From positions 12,527 to 76,526 of the forward strand of contig SVBF01000011.1 in assembly GCA_015058945.1 (NCBI GenBank): a DNA stretch of 64,000 nucleotides, read 5' to 3'. Both the position numbers and the translations under genes were made by a program. Shown piece by piece: positions 62,849 to 64,000 of the stretch; positions within the stretch are counted from its first letter, which is position 1, and each line of letters starts with the position of its first letter. The notes below the pieces were generated by a model. It had not been told where the DNA came from and did not search any database. It saw only the letters and a program-made list of their open reading frames with translations. This stretch comes from Erysipelotrichaceae bacterium. Lineage in GTDB: Bacteria; Bacillota_I; Bacilli_A; RFN20; CAG-826.

Positions 62849-64000
62849 TCACTCCTTCTCTCCGGCTTTGCGGAGGGTATATACGTATTTGTTCTTGATG
62901 CGAAGCTTGGTGTAGAGCTTGGCGATGGCGAGGCGGTCCATCGAAGTGCGCGCCGTCTCATAGGCGACCTTCATGGTGCGTTTGTAGTCTTGGATCGTGT
63001 AATAACGCCCGGCGGTGCAATGGCTCGCGAAGAAGAGGGCTTGCTGCTTATTGATGTCGGGATGGGTCTCCACGATGTATCTGGCGGCCATCTTGACCTC
63101 TTTGTCGCTAAGCGACACGCGCGGGGCGAACATGTTGCGCGCCCCTTCCGGGAAGGCCTCGAGGACGGGCACATCCTCCATCGGGGCTTTCTTCTTCGGC
63201 TCGTCTGCGTCCTTGGTCTCTTGGATCACCGTGGCTTCTTGCCGCGGCTGTACGGGCACTTCCGTCAAGGGTTTCTCCCTTTCTTTGACCTCCACGGTCG
63301 CGATAGGTTCCGGTTCCTTGGATTCTACGGGTTGAGGCTCGATGGCTTCGGGCACTTCCTCTTCGTGGGGTGCGCCGCGGAACTCGCGCCGCAAGGCGTC
63401 CGTATGGATCTTGGTGAGTTCGTCGCGCAGGGTTTCAAGCGCATTGCCCACCAAATCGATCATGGAGAGGAAGGCATAGGTGAAGTCGCCCGTCTTGGAG
63501 GTTTCGAGGAAGAGCGAGGCGGCTTTGTTGTCCTTAAGGAGCGCCTTCTCTAACGGTAAGAGATAGGCGAAGTCGCCTAAGGAGGTGCGGCTAAGCATTT
63601 TCTTGCATAAGGCGACCGCCATTAAGGGATTATGCCCGGCGAAAGGCTCGACGTAATCGACGAAATACATGGCGAGGAACGCCTTCGGGAAAGCGGAAAG
63701 CGGATCGGAGAAGACGAATTCCTCGAGGTTATCCACCAAAGATTCGATATCCCCAAAACGCGCATATTCCCCCGCGCGCCCCTGACCGACGGTCGCGTCG
63801 TTGACGCGGTAAAAGGACACGAGTTCCTCGGTGCCGGAGATGGCACTATAAACATCGGCGAAGAACGTGGAGCAATCCTTGAAGTTCTTCCCGACTTTGA
63901 GGGTCAGCAAATCGCGGTAACCGGCGATGACGGTCTGTTCCGGGCCGCCGCCGCGATAAAGGTCGGTGAGCATCGCCCGCAAGGTCGGTTCGGAGAGTTT
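62849..64000 (-). CDS. Fic-like protein with degenerate active-site motif, low-complexity linker and C-terminal wHTH-like domain (5' end outside window)
   Basis: The frame is open to the window edge. YFVDYVEPFAGHNPLMAVALCKKML lies where Fic proteins carry HPFxxGNGRxxR. A Pro/Glu-rich linker (EEEVPEAIEPQPVESKEPEPI...) is followed by a C-terminal ...YETARTSMDRLAIAKLYTKLRIKNKYVYTL. Confidence 0.45.
   Translation of the reverse strand, partial: KLSEPTLRAMLTDLYRGGGPEQTVIAGYRDLLTLKVGKNFKDCSTFFADVYSAISGTEELVSFYRVNDATVGQGRAGEYARFGDIESLVDNLEEFVFSDPLSAFPKAFLAMYFVDYVEPFAGHNPLMAVALCKKMLSRTSLGDFAYLLPLEKALLKDNKAASLFLETSKTGDFTYAFLSMIDLVGNALETLRDELTKIHTDALRREFRGAPHEEEVPEAIEPQPVESKEPEPIATVEVKEREKPLTEVPVQPRQEATVIQETKDADEPKKKAPMEDVPVLEAFPEGARNMFAPRVSLSDKEVKMAARYIVETHPDINKQQALFFASHCTAGRYYTIQDYKRTMKVAYETARTSMDRLAIAKLYTKLRIKNKYVYTLRKAGEKE

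Noticed and set aside
1-64000. A search for rRNA, tRNA, CRISPR arrays, IS elements or transposases, and recognisable phage-defence genes (restriction-modification, Cas, reverse transcriptases, Abi nucleases).
   Set aside because: I found no tRNA-like T-arm sequence (for example GGTTCGAATCC), no regularly spaced short repeats, no transposase or integrase-like ORFs other than XerD, and no defence-type domains in any ORF.

Overview
This is a 64-kb chromosomal segment of a Bacillota/Mollicutes-like bacterium. By eye, coding regions are GC-rich and spacers are AT-rich, and TGA is used as a stop codon. The window is almost fully coding, with about 65 protein genes. I saw no rRNA, tRNA, CRISPR array, transposase or prophage genes. 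Gene order follows several Bacillus subtilis housekeeping blocks: relA-hisS-aspS; tkt; asp23(yqhY)-nusB-xseA-xseB-dxs; dinB; xerD-deoB; yqeG-yqeH-yhbY-nadD/yqeK-rsfS; parE-parC facing plsY; yloV-degV; yneF-efp; rpmG; ispG; nfo-cshB; ispH; trmK-sigA-dnaG-glyQS-recO-era-cdd-ybeY; rpsU; deoC; rpmF; mtaB-rsmE; hrcA-grpE-dnaK-dnaJ; hemW. Many genes that sit in these blocks in Bacillus are absent (dtd, folD, ispA, aroE, prmA, phoH/yqfF, dgkA, lepA). The non-core inserts are the interesting part. (1) A sigma-70/ECF-like sigma factor is translationally coupled to a membrane-anchored serpin, wedged between hemW and hrcA; this may be a protease-sensing sigma/anti-sigma pair. (2) A 1.17-kb stretch without a long ORF (16790-17959) holds a duplicated ~126-nt three-hairpin element, a tiny hydrophobic ORF convergent with it (type I toxin-antitoxin-like layout) and a GC-rich structured island. 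(3) A C39 peptidase + six-helix ABC membrane domain protein has no ATPase domain. (4) A 734-aa S41-like lipoprotein follows deoC. (5) A HigA antitoxin has no HigB partner. (6) A Fic-like protein has a degenerate active-site motif. (7) A Crp/Fnr regulator carries a near-consensus CRP-type palindrome at its own start, next to an ABC importer that lacks an ATPase gene. All calls come from reading the translated ORFs and the DNA by eye. No database search was run.
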